Below, in pieces: positions 26,765 to 40,171 of a DNA stretch of 64,000 nucleotides. The position numbers were made by a program, and so were the translations under genes. How positions within the stretch are numbered: the stretch's first letter is position 1; the number at the start of each line of letters is the position of its first letter. This DNA comes from Chrysomallon squamiferum (lineage: Eukaryota > Animalia > Mollusca): contig CM022672.1 of assembly GCA_012295275.1 (NCBI GenBank), positions 33,294,001 through 33,358,000 of the forward strand, read 5' to 3'. The notes under the pieces were generated by a model that was given only the letters and a program-made list of their open reading frames with translations, had not been told where the DNA came from and did not search any database.

Positions 26765-26864
26765 GGAAAAACCTAAAAGCTTCCTCTGAAAATAGCGCCA
26801 AATAACGTTAAATCACGTGACTGAGCGGGCCAATCATTTGAAGAGAGGTCAAACGGGAATCACC
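26765..26864 (-). promoter_or_regulatory. Putative IkappaB proximal promoter with kappaB-like, E-box and CCAAT elements
   Basis: GGAAAAACC 26765-26773, TCACGTGAC 26813-26821, CCAAT 26830-26834, GGGAATCACC 26855-26864, all 90-190 bp upstream of the ATG. IkappaB genes are established NF-kappaB feedback targets. Confidence 0.55.
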
Positions 26865-27155
26865 AACTGATGTATTTATTTATTTATTTATTTATTTTGA
26901 CATAGTTGTTACCTACAGTTTCAATCATGGCTATTCAGAGCTGAAGTCTGATTATCACAACCACAATCACATACGTACACATTCACAAGAAATAAGACAA
27001 AAAGTCATGTATTATGTAAATATTAAAAAAAAAAAAAAAAAACAAACCCCAAAAATCCAACAAAAAACAACAACAGTAATTATTAGCATGTCTTTAATAA
27101 TAATAATGATGAATAATAATAATGATGATGATGATGATTATGATTATTATTATTA

Positions 27156-27189
<34 letters not shown>

Positions 27190-28019
27190 TAACGAAACGT
27201 ATAATGTTATGAGTTTACTCTAAATGTATGCGCAGATAATTCCAGTTTTAGTTTTTCTAACTCTCCTGTTATTTTAATAACCTTTGGGTCAACATTTCGA
27301 CGACTAAATACAAATAACTGCAGCTGAGCTCATGTTCTGTAAAATTCGTCGCGTGCAGACTGAATTAAACTGCATTCGCTGAACACGTGTCAATTTCTGT
27401 CAGTCGCGTGAACCATTCGCACGAGCTTTTTCTTCTGACTTATTTTTAGTTTTCTACGGAAGCCCGTTAGCGCCACTATTACTGAATATTTCTTGCGTTA
27501 TTACCAAATAGCATTGCATTCGTACTAGATATTATTTTTTGATTACGAGATACAAATTGCGTTTTTAAATGAGACAAAAGGCACTAACAGTACTGGCTCC
27601 AAAAATGTTTAAATTAATCTTTGGGGTGCAGACATCATGAGAATATAAGATGACATCAATCAACCAATACAATTTGCATATATTTACAACATTTAGAAAG
27701 TTGATCTTGGTGTCAAGGTTGATGGTTATGGTGTCAGTAAATTCGACAAAAACGGTTTGTTAACAGTGGCAGATTATTTGGTTGTCAAACAGTTAAAACA
27801 ATATGGCGAAGATGACAGTTTTGGGCTACTCTCACTTTTGTCATTAAAGAGCTATTAGTAGAACTAAAGTAATAGCGAATGAACCACATTAACAATGATC
27901 GATTTGTTAACAAAACTTTATTTGAAAATAAAACAATGCAAACAGCATTTTGATTATGAGGTCTTTTTTTTTAAATATGATTAAGGGACAAGGGTTACGT
28001 TGTGTCATTTTCCAGTTAA

Positions 28020-29260
28020 GTCGACTTGGAATCCAAGGTATCAACATCCCCACGAAAATGAATAGTGAGTTTCAAAGACCAACATCTTCTTCATATGTCT
28101 GGGGAAATGTTAACAACTCAGGATTTCTCATAATGGTGTAGCGGGGATGAAAATGTGTTTGTAACGTGGCACAATGTTCAGCTGTGCCAGATTGGCTTAA
28201 GATATGCCAGTTCTGGAAATGGCAGTAACACGCACATAGTTTATACAGCTACCGGACCAATTATCCGGACTCCTTGGGGCCTCAGCATTCCGGATTTTTG
28301 AATTTTAGTGTTTTTTCCGGCACCTAGACATCTAAATACGTAAATAATTAGGCACAAACATTTTAAAATTAAAAACATAAAGAAAACTGACGAAACACAA
28401 CTGTGGCGACTCGACAACGTAAACAACGTGGCGAGTGAATGGACGCCACGCGGCTTGAAAGAGTAGTTGCGGTCTGGTAGGACAACACCCGCTCGCGCGA
28501 GCTATGAAAATAGCGTCGGAAAAGACTTCAGGACACCGGATAATTGGTACTTGTAGCACATTTGTTTAGTGCTTAATACGAACATTTTCAGCAGTGTTTC
28601 CAGATTGTGAAGGGACATATGATAGATGTGACTAAAACACTTTGACAACACAGCTGTAACTTTCATCAAAACTGACAGAACACTTATACTAATCATCCCC
28701 GAAAAACCCCCTACAAATACGGACATATTAATGGTTATAGGATAGTCTAAACTATTATGGTGACCTACATGTAAAAACACGTTTATAAACAATGTTCTAA
28801 TCTATCTGAAAGTGCAATGTGGGAAAGATCTTGCTGTTGTTCTTCACTTCCCATTCTTGCTTGCCAAAACTTTGCACCATGCAATCAGCCTGGAAAAATC
28901 CGTCTACGCACACCCATTTATGAAAATTCTATATAAACTCAGTTTACCATTGGAATGATTTGGTTCATTGTTTTCGGCATAAGTGACCAGATTTCCTTCG
29001 TTCAGCACCTTTCTTGTCTAGTAAGAGCAAAAGAGTACGCACGTTTTTTTTACGATCAAATACGTGCCCAGCATGCAAATTTCAAATGACTCCATTTATG
29101 CCCGTGCATTGAGCTAGAGGTTTGTGTCTCTTTCAGGAAGACGTCTGCCAAATCGATGACGTCTGACTTATCTTTTCGCCCGCGTAAATTCAGTTTTTTC
29201 AGTTTCTTCTACAAAGTTCTTTCATTCTGAGCCAGCAATTCAAGCTTGTTCGTCTGCGAT
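28020..29260 (-). mobile_element. Decayed DDE integrase-core transposase (IS3-like eukaryotic type)
   Basis: Minus-strand fragments RTL*KKLKKLNLRGRKDKSDVIDLADVFLKETQTSSSMHGHKWSHLK, VKKNVRTLLLLLDKKGAERRKSGHLCRKQ and PNHSNGKLSLYRIFINGC/VDGF follow, in order, the recalled RTLKRxL...GYRWMH...LDPEGVxxR...PNxxWHxDxxDKLxxYGxxIHGCIDGFSR pattern. Many stops and frameshifts are present. Confidence 0.6.
28246..28557. mobile_element. MITE with imperfect terminal inverted repeats (pogo/Tigger-like TA|CAG end), nested in the decayed transposase
   Basis: Left end GCTACCGGACCAATTATCCGGACTCCT (28248-28274) matches the reverse complement of the right end, GCTACAAGTACCAATTATCCGGTGTCCT (28530-28557). Confidence 0.6.
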
Positions 29261-29379
29261 ACACAGCTATTGAAATAAAACCGTATGGAGAATGAAGGTC
29301 AAACATATCCACATGCAGCAGTTATCATGTCCGACAAACATACAAGTAACGACGCATACAACGTTTATCATAATAACGT

Positions 29380-29690
29380 AATAGAATCTCGTAATAACGC
29401 AGTGCTGTTTAGCAGTAAACACACAAGAATTATCTGGTTGTTGCGCAATGCTATCTAGCATCAATAACACAGAGCTATCTAATAGTAATAAGCAATAGTT
29501 ATCTGGCTATGACGAATGCTATCTAGCAGTAATAATAAACTGCTGTCTAGTAGTAGCTATCAAGTACAATAACGCACTAATTATTTGGTTATAACGCAAT
29601 GTTATCTCATAATAATGCATGCTGTCTAACAGTAATAACAGAAGAATTATCTGGTTATAACGCACTGTTATCACGCAATAATTATGATTT
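29380..29690. repeat. Degenerate minisatellite (TAATAACGCA / CTATCTAGCAG motifs)
   Basis: Recurring ATCTCGTAATAACGCA, CTATCTAGCAGTAATAA and GAATTATCTGGTT units. Confidence 0.55.
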
Positions 29691-31036
29691 TAACATTGGC
29701 TATAAAGGGCTTTAATAACAATTTTTTTCATCAGGTGAAGAATTCATCAGGTAATCTTTTAGTAATGAATTGTTTTTCCTATAACTAACATTAATCTAAC
29801 ACAAAAATTATTTACTTAACTGTAGATAAAACATTCTACCAGAAAAGGCGCACATCTGTGTGCATTTGTGTGTGTTTTTGATTGTGCGCGCGCATGTTTG
29901 TGTGTGTTACCAATATAGTTGTTCTTTTGTTTGTATATATATATATATATATTAATGAACAAAATAATAAAGAAAAAGAGAATAAATAAATAAATTTAAA
30001 AATAAATTACTGCCAAAGAGACGTCGCCTCAGAAGGTATCAATTAACCATTCTCATACTGAGTTACAGTCAGCCTAATCTAATACGGAACTGCATCACTG
30101 CTTAAACCAAGCACCTGGATTTACAAACTAAATCTCATACAAGACCAAACGTAGATTTTCAAAGGATTATAACGCAATACACGAATAACGTAGTCTCGAT
30201 ATGAGGGGTTACGTCATCGGAGTCTATGAAAACATTAATTGACGTATTAATATAGAGTTTCTGTATATAAGTGTTCTTCTTTTCGATCTGTAACCAGTAC
30301 GTGAAAATGAACATGTTTACAGATATACTGTAATGAATTATGGTCATGTGATAACAAAGTAAATGACGTAATTCAGTATTCACATATTGAGTAATTAAAT
30401 CATTTAACTATTTTAGTTGTTATTATGAAAGGTATTTCGGTAGGTAGAAATATTGAAGAGTGCTCATTCGACAGCCAAAACATCGCGGGTTCCCAATGAC
30501 AGAAACATTTATTTATCTTTGTTTTTAAATACAGGATTTATCATCTGACAAACACGTGATAAAATAAAGGAAGGAATGACGTCTGCTACATGTACCGTAA
30601 CACAAACGTAACACCTTCGTCATAACAATAGTTTTTATTTATTTATTTTTAATTATGACGCCTTTAATTTTTATTAATTTTTTTAAAGAAAAAAAAAAAA
30701 AAAAAAAAAAGAAAAAAGAAAGAAAGAAAGACAAGAAATGAAAATTTGTTTAAAACTGTTTTATTTTTATTTTTATTTTTAACAATTTATTTATAGCATA
30801 AACGACAGTATTCTCTCAGCCGCTTCACTTGAACAATGATTCAAGCGGCATTCACAAATGATTTCCGGTTCAGAAAGACTTCGCGTATATCTAAAGTACG
30901 ACAGAGCTTTGACTTTTGTCAACATCACATCTCTCTCGTTTACTGGATTTTCCTAAAATGAAAAACAGTAATTGGTTACTGAATCAAACAATTAAAAAAG
31001 TATGCTAAGTAACACATCATATAAATACTGGTATTG

Positions 31037-31072
<36 letters not shown>

Positions 31073-31717
31073 TTTTCAAAGATTCCCTATAAGATGTATA
31101 TTACGAAAGAATATTATTGATAAAGATATCTCATATGCGTACGTATTCATTATCATCTAGCTTTAAGTAAGTATTTGTATATGAAGCTAGTAAAGTACTG
31201 TCAGTAATATCGTATATGATTCAAGAACATATTTAGTATTTAATAGCCCCCAATTCAGTGACTTACGTAAAAAATATTAAATAACATTTTGCATATTTCA
31301 GATATAAATGTGCTGATTGAAATATCTTAAACAGCACATTAATTATTGACCTATCTAGACATAATATTAAGTATTATGTTTTTTATTTATTTATTTTTGT
31401 TGTTGTTGTTGTTGTTGTTGCTTTCTTTTCTCGCTACTAATCCATGTTCTAAAATTATTCATCGAAAATGTAAATCCAAGAGCAGATTATCTACCGAAAT
31501 CTCTACTACGTTCAGTGATTCATACTCAGACGTTTGTTGAACACTTCAAAAGGGTTTTTCATCTTAAACATTCTGCACTCTGTTTCTACTCTGTCTGTGA
31601 GACAAAACCCGCAGAACCAGTTTTCAGCTTGGCTTTGTCAGTCGATGCAAACTCCTTCCAAACCGTCTGACACTTGTACGAGACAAAGTATGACAGCTAC
31701 CACTGTCACTGCTCAGA

Positions 31718-32808
31718 CGAACGAGCGGTAGAACTCTAAATTATAAAAATAAAACATTTTAAAAAGTGTAACAGCTAGCACTGTCAGTACATTATCATAG
31801 TGGGGAAAAAAAGCTATGTTCCCAAAACTGGCAGTCTCCAGATTAGGTAAGCGGTGAGGTGTTCTAATCCGCTTCCAGAAATGGGAAAACTGGCGTGAGC
31901 AATTAACGCCAATTTAGACGCATGGGGATAACGAGATGTGTGAAGAACAGAGGAGGGCGATTAACAAGATTAACCTTAATGAGCAGTGAAGAGCAGAGGT
32001 GAGCCGGAACAGAGATAGCAAGAAAAATTAATGTTTGGAGACATGAAATTAATGTTATATCTCAGTAAAATTTGGATACAGGAAATACTACCAGAAGACA
32101 AGCACAAGCTTTTCCAACTGGGATTGGAGTACACGTCACGTGTACCTGGGACACGGCTTCCTACTTATCAGCTTGCGGTGTGGAGTGCTTTCTGGGACAT
32201 TTCGTGTGTAAAGTGTGACTGAATGTGCTTTGGAATTGTGGACAAAATACTGTTTTACAAAAGTACATCAGTTAAGGTGACGGAACTCCAATTAGCAAGG
32301 GTGAGCAATAAACTGCCAGAAATGGAACAACTGGCATGGCCAATTAAGATTCGGAAATGCCAGAATCGGGAATAAACCGGGAAAAAACAGCTCGCTTGGA
32401 CATGCCATACGACATGAGCCGGCTACAATTGATGGGTATGCGCCGATTAAGAACCGCTGTAGACAAAAGATGTCTTATCCCGAGTAAATTGATTACGGCA
32501 ATAATCTTGACAACAACTAAAATACCTAAATACATTAATACGTAACGATATGAGCCGAGTGCTGTAAAATAACGCACAGACCAGTGTCCAGTTACAACGC
32601 ACTTGGCTGACCAGGAATAAACACTTCGGAACTCGGCTCATTTTAGGCTGGACCCCATTGCGTCCAGACTGCGTTCCCCAAAATAGTTCTACAGCAAAAA
32701 AATAACCAAGGACAAAATTAAACACGGTTAAAATATGAACAACAAAAATCATTGCTGAGTTTTCCAGGATCGAACGAGCTATAGAATTCTACATTATAAA
32801 AATAAAAC
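31718..32808. mobile_element. ~1-kb GC-richer insert bounded by 38-bp direct repeats, possibly a decayed retroelement fragment
   Basis: CGAACGAGCGGTAGAACTCTAAATTATAAAAATAAAAC (31718-31755) vs CGAACGAGCTATAGAATTCTACATTATAAAAATAAAAC (32771-32808), 34/38 identical. A weak zinc-knuckle-like trace (CGVECFLGHF...WNCGQ) lies near 32170-32250. Confidence 0.45.
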
Positions 32809-33078
32809 TGTGATAATAATTGAATCAAGCTTGTTGTTACTGCCGTTGACGATACAGCGACAAAAGAACAAATTAACATTTATTTATTTATTTTGAATCA
32901 GTTTTAATTAATTAATTATATATATATATATATAATTAACAGTAATTCAAGATAAATAAATAAATTATTGTATGTTGTTCAGTATTTATATATATGTGTG
33001 TACGTATGTTTGTAGCAAAATGCTTAAATCAGTCTGTCAAATGAAAAATACAAAATGGATATTACCTTTTCACAAATG

Positions 33079-33144
<66 letters not shown>

Positions 33145-33843
33145 TACAATTATTAGTTAAAAAGGTAAAGAATAAATATCGTTTAAATTATTCAGCTTTG
33201 AAAACACCGACTCGTCTTTAAAACTCTTGTTATTGTCAGTGTGTATTTTATAAATAAGATAACATTTGCAGGAGCAGAACGTCAAAAAGCTAAAAGGCTC
33301 AGTGAAGAAAATTGATCATGTGACCAGCTTCGTCATTTTAGCAAGCACCACTGTGGTATCTCTCAGACATAAATTGGTAACAGAAGACAAAAAGATCACA
33401 GTTTTTGTGTGTGTATGCGTGTGATAGAGACAGAGGATTCTTTTTTAATCTGTATTACAACACGTTCAGATTCAGCTGTTTTTTGTTTTTCTGTTTCTAA
33501 GGAACGTTCTTAATATAAACAGTTATTTCAAAACAGAAAAAAAAAAAAAAAAAAAAAAATAAAAAATAAAAAATAAAAAACATAATAAAATAAAAAATAA
33601 AAAAATATAAGAAAAGTCTAGACATTATTTATAAATATACTGATATTTTAGGATAGTCATACTGACTTCAGTTTCATCAGTTGCAAAGTTTTATTCAGTT
33701 AAAGAAAACCTGAGTCTTGCACATACACAAACTCACACCCAAAGACACTTCTAGTAGAAACAATAATACAGTAGTAGTGCTTCGGTATCAGTGTTATAGA
33801 AGTAGTGGTAGTAGTAGTACTAATGACAGTGGGTATTACTCAC

Positions 33844-33874
<31 letters not shown>

Positions 33875-34834
33875 CTAGTGGTTGTAGAAGAAACATAAAA
33901 ATAAAGAGGAAAAGTTTAAACGATTCTCTTGTAAGTAGGTGATAACTTTGAAGATTGGTTGACTTAATGAATATTTCAGTTACAAATTGTCTTCTGAAGT
34001 CTTTAGCTGTTTAACATTCAGTTCAAGTCTGTAGGACAAATTCATTATCTGTTTTATTTCTGGTTTACTTCAGAAATACATAGATATACCAATACCGAGA
34101 TTAAATATGTTCCGTCTTTATAATTATATCTGTGTCTGGTAAAATATGCTAATTTTTAAAAAGTCATTTTCAGTGCAAACATTTTCAAAACATTTTGAAG
34201 TTTAATTTACTTCGTGTTACGTTTATACTTTCACGAAACATTCAGTGTAAACAGAATGCGGAAACCAGAGAACAGATAATTGATCTGTACTTATTATTGT
34301 TTTGTTTCTTACTTCTATTTCTTGTTTTTTTTTTTTTTTTTATTTTTATTTTTTTTGGATACAGAGTTTTCAGGTACAGTTTGTGAAGTTATATCTTCAG
34401 CTCGAGTTTTCATTTTATTATTATTTTTTCTATTTTTAAAATAATGCTCTCTTTATTTCTTTATACACTATTTCAAAAAACCTTCTTATTTATGTATATC
34501 ATTTTTTGCAATTAATAAAACTTCTTCTTCTTTCATATTCCTTTCTTTTTAAAAAAGTGTATTTATTATAAAAAAATATTATGAAAAGAACATTAAAAAG
34601 AAAGCGAAATAATTTTCTGAAATTTAAATCTAATCCTAGCAAATAATGTTTGTCTTTGTAATCGTAGTCAACAAAATTATCATAAAAGAAATCTGTATAC
34701 GCCTTCTTCTTAATTGTTTCTGCATTGAATACTTCTGTTGTTGTTGTTGTTGTTGATGTGCGTTCTGATAAAGTTATAATCATTTTATTAAACATTTTAC
34801 TAAAGATTATGGTTTGCAAAACTCTTCAGATTAA

Positions 34835-35030
34835 TTACGTAAGAAAAACATTATTCTTTCACTTTGATTTTCTGCAATTGCTTCTTGTAACATTAATATG
34901 GGCGTGACTTTTAAACAAAGTGTTTTGTTTCTATAGAAACATAAATAATTGATGACGTAGATAACTATACAAGATAGATAATACAAATTAAGAATCTCTT
35001 AGCTCAAACATAATTTAAATTGTCGCCAAG
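34835..35030 (+). promoter_or_regulatory. Promoter plus non-coding first exon module of precursor copy 1; repeated with donors at 41349, 47035, 52442 and, on the minus strand, 58312, 58663, 59717
   Basis: TTACGTAA 34835-34842, X-box-like palindrome GTTTCTATAGAAAC 34927-34940, TGACGTAG 34953-34960, conserved AAG|GTA(A/T)G donor at 35031. Confidence 0.65.
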
Positions 35031-35454
35031 GTATGTTTGCTTTTCAAATTTTTGAATATTGTGGTAACATTGTTATTTACAAACATACAAATTAGTTTGT
35101 ATGTGTAGACATATTCTAATACATATCTATTGTGTAGTGGACGAAGAGTTTAAAAACATTCATATGCATTTTCAAAATGGTTGATGCATTTGTATCTTCA
35201 CGAATATTTTTGATAGCTTATTATTAGTAGTAATAGTAGTAGTAGCAATATTAGTAGTAGTAGTAGTAGCAGTAGTAGTAGCAGTAACAGTGGCAGTAGA
35301 AGCAATAGCAATTATAAAAATAATGCTTTTTCATTAGGAAAGTCGTAATTTTAATAAACAAGCTAAATGCAACAGATGATAATTCCGCCAGAAGATTATA
35401 TTTTATCTAGAAAATTGTGTACACCATTGTTACGACTAATGATAACTATTATAC

Positions 35455-36347
35455 GTGAATAGTAATACAGTAGCCATGAATAGTAAAACAGTAGCCGCGA
35501 ATAGCAAATCAGTAGCCGTGAATAGTAAAACAGTATTCGTGAATAGTAAAACAGTCGCCATGTATAGTAAAACAAGTCGTAAATAGCAAAACATGATAAT
35601 TGGTAAAAAGTAGTTGAATAGTTTTATGAATAGTAAAACAGTTTGAATACAAATTGTTAAAACAGTAAGTCGTGAATAGTAAAACAGTCGCCATGAATAG
35701 TAAAACAGTCGCCATGAATAGTAAAACAGTAGCCATGAATAGTAAAACAGTAGTCGTGAATAGTAAAACAGTAGTCGTGAATAGTAAAACAGTAGCGGTG
35801 AATAGTAAAACAGTCGTGAATAGTAAAACAGTAGTCGTGAAGAGTAAAACAGTAGCCATGAATAGTAAAACAGTAGCCGCGAATAGCAAATCAGTAGCCG
35901 TGAATAGTAAAACAGTAGTCGTGAATAGTAAAACAGTAGTCGTGAATAGTAAAACAGTAGCGGTGAATAGTAAAACAGTAGTCGTGAATAGTAAAACAGT
36001 AGTCGTGAATAGTAAAACAGTAGCCGTGAATAGTAAAACAGTAGCGGTGAATAGTAAAACAGTAGTCGTGAATTGTAAAACAGTAGTCGTGAATAGTAAA
36101 ACAGTAGCGGTGAATAGTAAAACAGTAGTCGTGAATAGTAAAACAGTAGCCGTGAATAGTAAAACAGTAGTCATGAATAGTAATACAGTAGCCTTGAATA
36201 GTAAAACAGTAGCCGCGAATAGTAAAAGAGTAGCAATGAATAGTAAAACAGTAGACGTGAATAGTAAACCAGTAGCCATGTATAGTAAAACAGTAGCCAT
36301 GAATAGTAAAACAGTAGCCGTGAATAGTAAAACAGTATCCCGTGAAT
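35455..36347. repeat. 21-bp intronic minisatellite GTGAATAGTAAAACAGTAGCC (about 40 copies)
   Basis: Read directly. Paralogous arrays lie at about 41951-42317, 47634-48002, 52695-53064 and, inverted with about 5 copies, 57873-57982. Confidence 0.95.
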
Positions 36348-36599
36348 GATCAACATTTATTTAGACTTTCTCTTCATCTCATTTACATTATTTTGTTCGA
36401 GATTCGTATAGTTAAAAACAACATTGACTTTCTAATTTTAAATAATTATGTTTAACATGTTAATTATTGAAATATCATTAATGTAAGATTCATAGGAGTC
36501 AAATATAAAGTAAAATATAAAGTTTATTTCATTTTAATTGTGAAGTAGGCCTAATTTACCAACGTGTTCCTGTGTTTGTGTCTTGCTGTTTCTTTCTAG

Positions 36600-36654
36600 G
36601 TTATTTAAACGATAATTGTATCAGTAAAAATAGATGTGAGTGAACCTGACGTCA
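36600..36654 (+). other. Putative 36-nt non-coding second exon (36600-36635) followed by a perfect CRE (TGACGTCA 36647-36654)
   Basis: Polypyrimidine tract + CTAG acceptor and GTGAGT donor, conserved in units 2-4. The CRE also occurs at 42626 and 48310 and is altered to TGACGTGA at 53371. Confidence 0.55.
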
Positions 36655-37020
36655 AACTGAATTCTAATGACGCGTAGATTCTAGAAAGAACCTTTTTTTT
36701 GTAATGTTACATAAATTAAATAGAAAACAGATTTAAATAGAAAGTAAATAAATTTTCTGTCTTTAATTTGCTTGATCAAGAACTAAAGAAATTTAAATTT
36801 TTGACATTCTTTTTACTATCTTTGTAATTTTATCTTTTCTGTTCGTTTTCCTTTGTTATATTATTATTATGTCTGAGAAATTTGTAACTTCATCGGTGCA
36901 TTTATCGATCTAATCTCATACATATTTATCAACATGTGTCACTCTCTCTGTCGTATTTCCTTTTTCATCTTTATGAATTTACGTGTTTTGTTTATTTATC
37001 TATTTGCTTATTTATTTTAG

Positions 37021-37368
37021 ATGACTCGTACAATATTCGTGTTCTTTGCAATGATCACCATGGTGACGATGGTAAATGGGAACATCAGTTACTCCTGGCA
37101 GAAGACGAAGAAAAATGAAAGCGAGAAACTGGGGCAGCCTCGTTTTTTTCTACAATTTTTAGTCCGGAACAGAATGAGAGAAAAGGGACACAACTCCATG
37201 GAAAACCCGAACCAGCCTGAAACGCGTTTTCTGTCAGAAAGATCTGGTTGGCCTGTTTTCGGATTTCGCCTGAAACCGAGATTTGCATCTTTTGGCAGTA
37301 AACTGTATCCGCCTGAAAGCGGCAGGGAACACGAGTCAAAACTGCTTCGCTACGGCAGAAGTGTGTAA
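37021..37368 (+). CDS. Secreted RYamide-type peptide precursor, copy 1 (115 aa)
   Basis: The ATG directly follows a TTTTAG acceptor. Signal peptide MTRTIFVFFAMITMVTMVNG; C-terminal SGWPVFGFRLKPRFASFGSKLYPPESGREHESKLLRY-G-R-SV (amidation Gly plus basic cleavage site). Five paralogs are present in the window. Confidence 0.9.
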   Translation: MTRTIFVFFAMITMVTMVNGNISYSWQKTKKNESEKLGQPRFFLQFLVRNRMREKGHNSMENPNQPETRFLSERSGWPVFGFRLKPRFASFGSKLYPPESGREHESKLLRYGRSV

Positions 37369-38072
37369 TTACCTCCCTTCCTTGAAGCAAAGCCAAAGAT
37401 TAAATCAATTTTATTGAAGAAAGAATAAATTGAATGGGTGAAGCACGAAACATAAGAGACATCACAAACAAATGAAAAGAGACGTCTGTAGCAGATGTCA
37501 CAAAGAAATAAAAAGAGACATAAATAACAGCTACAATAATATTCCAGAAATTTTTTAATTCATCGAAGAATATATTCCATGATTTCGTATAAATATCGAA
37601 ACTAATCTTTCTTAAATTATATATTTTTATTTTCCTTCAATTTTCCTTTTATTTATTTTTTTATTTCGATAATTCTTAAATTTATATATCTGTATATCAA
37701 TATATTTATTTACTGTTTTATTGAAATTTACTGAAATTGTAAATTTAGTGTTTATACCTGATATGCGGTTTTAGTTTCCAAGGTAATAATAATGAGGTTT
37801 TATGTAAAAAGGATTTAAATTGAAATGTTGTTTTCTTGTTTTAAATGTTTACGTGTAGATAAGTGTGTTGTTAATTATTCTTCTTTCTGTTTGTAACACA
37901 TTTCTTTTCCTATATGTAATATACATGTTGTTGTTTTTTCATTACTTTTCTTAAATTAAATTATTATTGTTTGTTTTCGTGTTTTTAGATATTATTATCT
38001 TGTTACAGTTGTTAATAATGCAATCGCTATTATTATTATTATTTTTTATTTATTCATTTGTTCATTATGTAT

Positions 38073-38107
<35 letters not shown>

Positions 38108-39422
38108 TTGTTTTAATGCAAAAATAAAATATAAAAAAGAATAACAACAAAAAAGATAAAGAATCTTTCAACAGCAGCTTACATGGTCACAATGTGTACA
38201 CTATCCTGTACAAGTATTCGATCAATAAAGTGAAAATATATTCATTATTGAACACTTTTGTCTTTCGTTTCATTGATGCTAATGACAGCTAGCGTGTCAA
38301 AGTGTAACAGTTACCGTAGTAGCTGTCACAGCACATTGAGTAATAGCTGTAGTTGCTGTAGTAGTTGGTTTAGCATCAACATGAGTCACATAACGGCGCA
38401 AGACATGCTAGAATTATTTCTGTTTCTATAGAAATATGACATCTTTTCTTCCTACCCTTTTGAATGTCATGTTATACCAGTAAGACATAAAGTAGAAAAT
38501 ATATATATTCCGTAAAATAATTACTCTGTTTAGTTTCGAATCAGTATATAATCAAAAATAATATTTAATCTTTATATTGAATAATAAATAAAATATAGTA
38601 GTCGGATAGACACATAGTTAGGTAGATAAATCGATATATTTACAAACAGTCGGAAAGACAGATATTCAAACAAAAGGCAGATAGATAGACAGAGAAACAG
38701 AGGAACGAAATCGAAGTAGGTGGACAAAACAGTCACCAAATTAAGAACATCCATTACTTAAGAACAAGAATAAGCAAGTTCGATGATGACATGAAACAAA
38801 CGCCAAAAATATCAAACTGAATGTTTTTGCAGAGACAAAATACGAATTCTGAAAGCGGTTTAACAAAAGTTGAAAAGACATTTTTGTCGAGAAAACAAAA
38901 CCAATGTGAAAGACATATAATACTAGAGACATTTCTAAAATAAACAACAGAAGCAAGAAAAAGACAATCATCAAGCTAGTAGATCGTTTCATTTTTCCAA
39001 TATTTTAACTTTTTCCTTTCATTTGCTTTTTACTTTTTTCATTTCTTCAAAAACTAATAGCAGAACTGTTTTAATTCCTTCTATTTTAACATTTTAAAAT
39101 ATTTTATTTTTATACAGCTTTGTTTATTCAGCCTTTATTTCTGTGACTAACGATACCTCAATATTAACTTTCTGGGAATGAAATGAGTCGTTCAAGTGAG
39201 AGATTTACGAAGTTAGTGAGAAAACAGAAAAATATGGATCGGTAGATACGTTTGGAGAGATTGAGAAACTCATGTACAGGCACCGACAAAGCTGTAGATA
39301 GATAAATAGACATACAAACAATAAGAGAGAATATATAAATAGAAATGTATAAATACTTATGCGAATGAGTGCGTGTACTTGTGTATGTACGTGACTGTAT
39401 GAGTGTGTGGATGTGTGTGTGT

Positions 39423-39582
<160 letters not shown>

Positions 39583-39702
39583 TACAGACAGAGTATTCAT
39601 TTCTAAATTATATTACAACACCTTCAGCTTCATGTAGGTGAGGAAATTGCTATTTCTGTTTTCCTGTTTCTAAGGATGGACATTAATATAAACAACAATT
39701 TT

Positions 39703-39751
<49 letters not shown>

Positions 39752-40137
39752 TATTTATAAATATACCGATATTTTAGGATGGTCATAGTGACTTCAGTTT
39801 CATAAGTTGCAAAGTTTTATTCAGTTAAAGAAAACCTGAGTCTTGCACATACACACACTCACACCCAAAGACACTTCTAGTAGAAACAGTAATACAGTAG
39901 TAGTGCTACATAGCTGTGTTATAGTGTTAGTAGTAGCAGTAGTAGTACTAGTGGCAGTGGGTAGTACTCATTGTAGTAGTAGTAGTAGTAGTAGTAGTAG
40001 TACTAGTGGCAGTGGGTAGTACTCATTGTAGTAGTAGTAGTAGTAGCAGTAGTAGTACTAGTGGCAGTGGGTAGTACTCATTGTAGTAGTAGTAGTAGTA
40101 GCAGTAGTAGTACTAGTGGCAGTGGGTAGTACTCATT

Positions 40138-40171
<34 letters not shown>

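Noticed and set aside
35455-36347. CRISPR-like appearance of regular repeats (also 17191-17582 and 23018-23930)
   Set aside because: No unique spacers, no cas genes, and a eukaryotic intron-containing context.
35509-36349. Long ORFs of (VNSKTVA)n and (TVLLFTA)n, also near 41880-42326, 47563-48011 and 52583-53073
   Set aside because: Products of a 21-bp (7-codon) minisatellite that is open on both strands and lies in an inferred intron; no unique coding flanks.
36936-37118. Recurring overlapping ORF ending DDSYNIRV...WEHQLLLAEDEEK in each unit
   Set aside because: Alternative-frame shadow of the precursor's signal-peptide region that starts in intronic pyrimidine-rich sequence; its recurrence is explained by the duplication.
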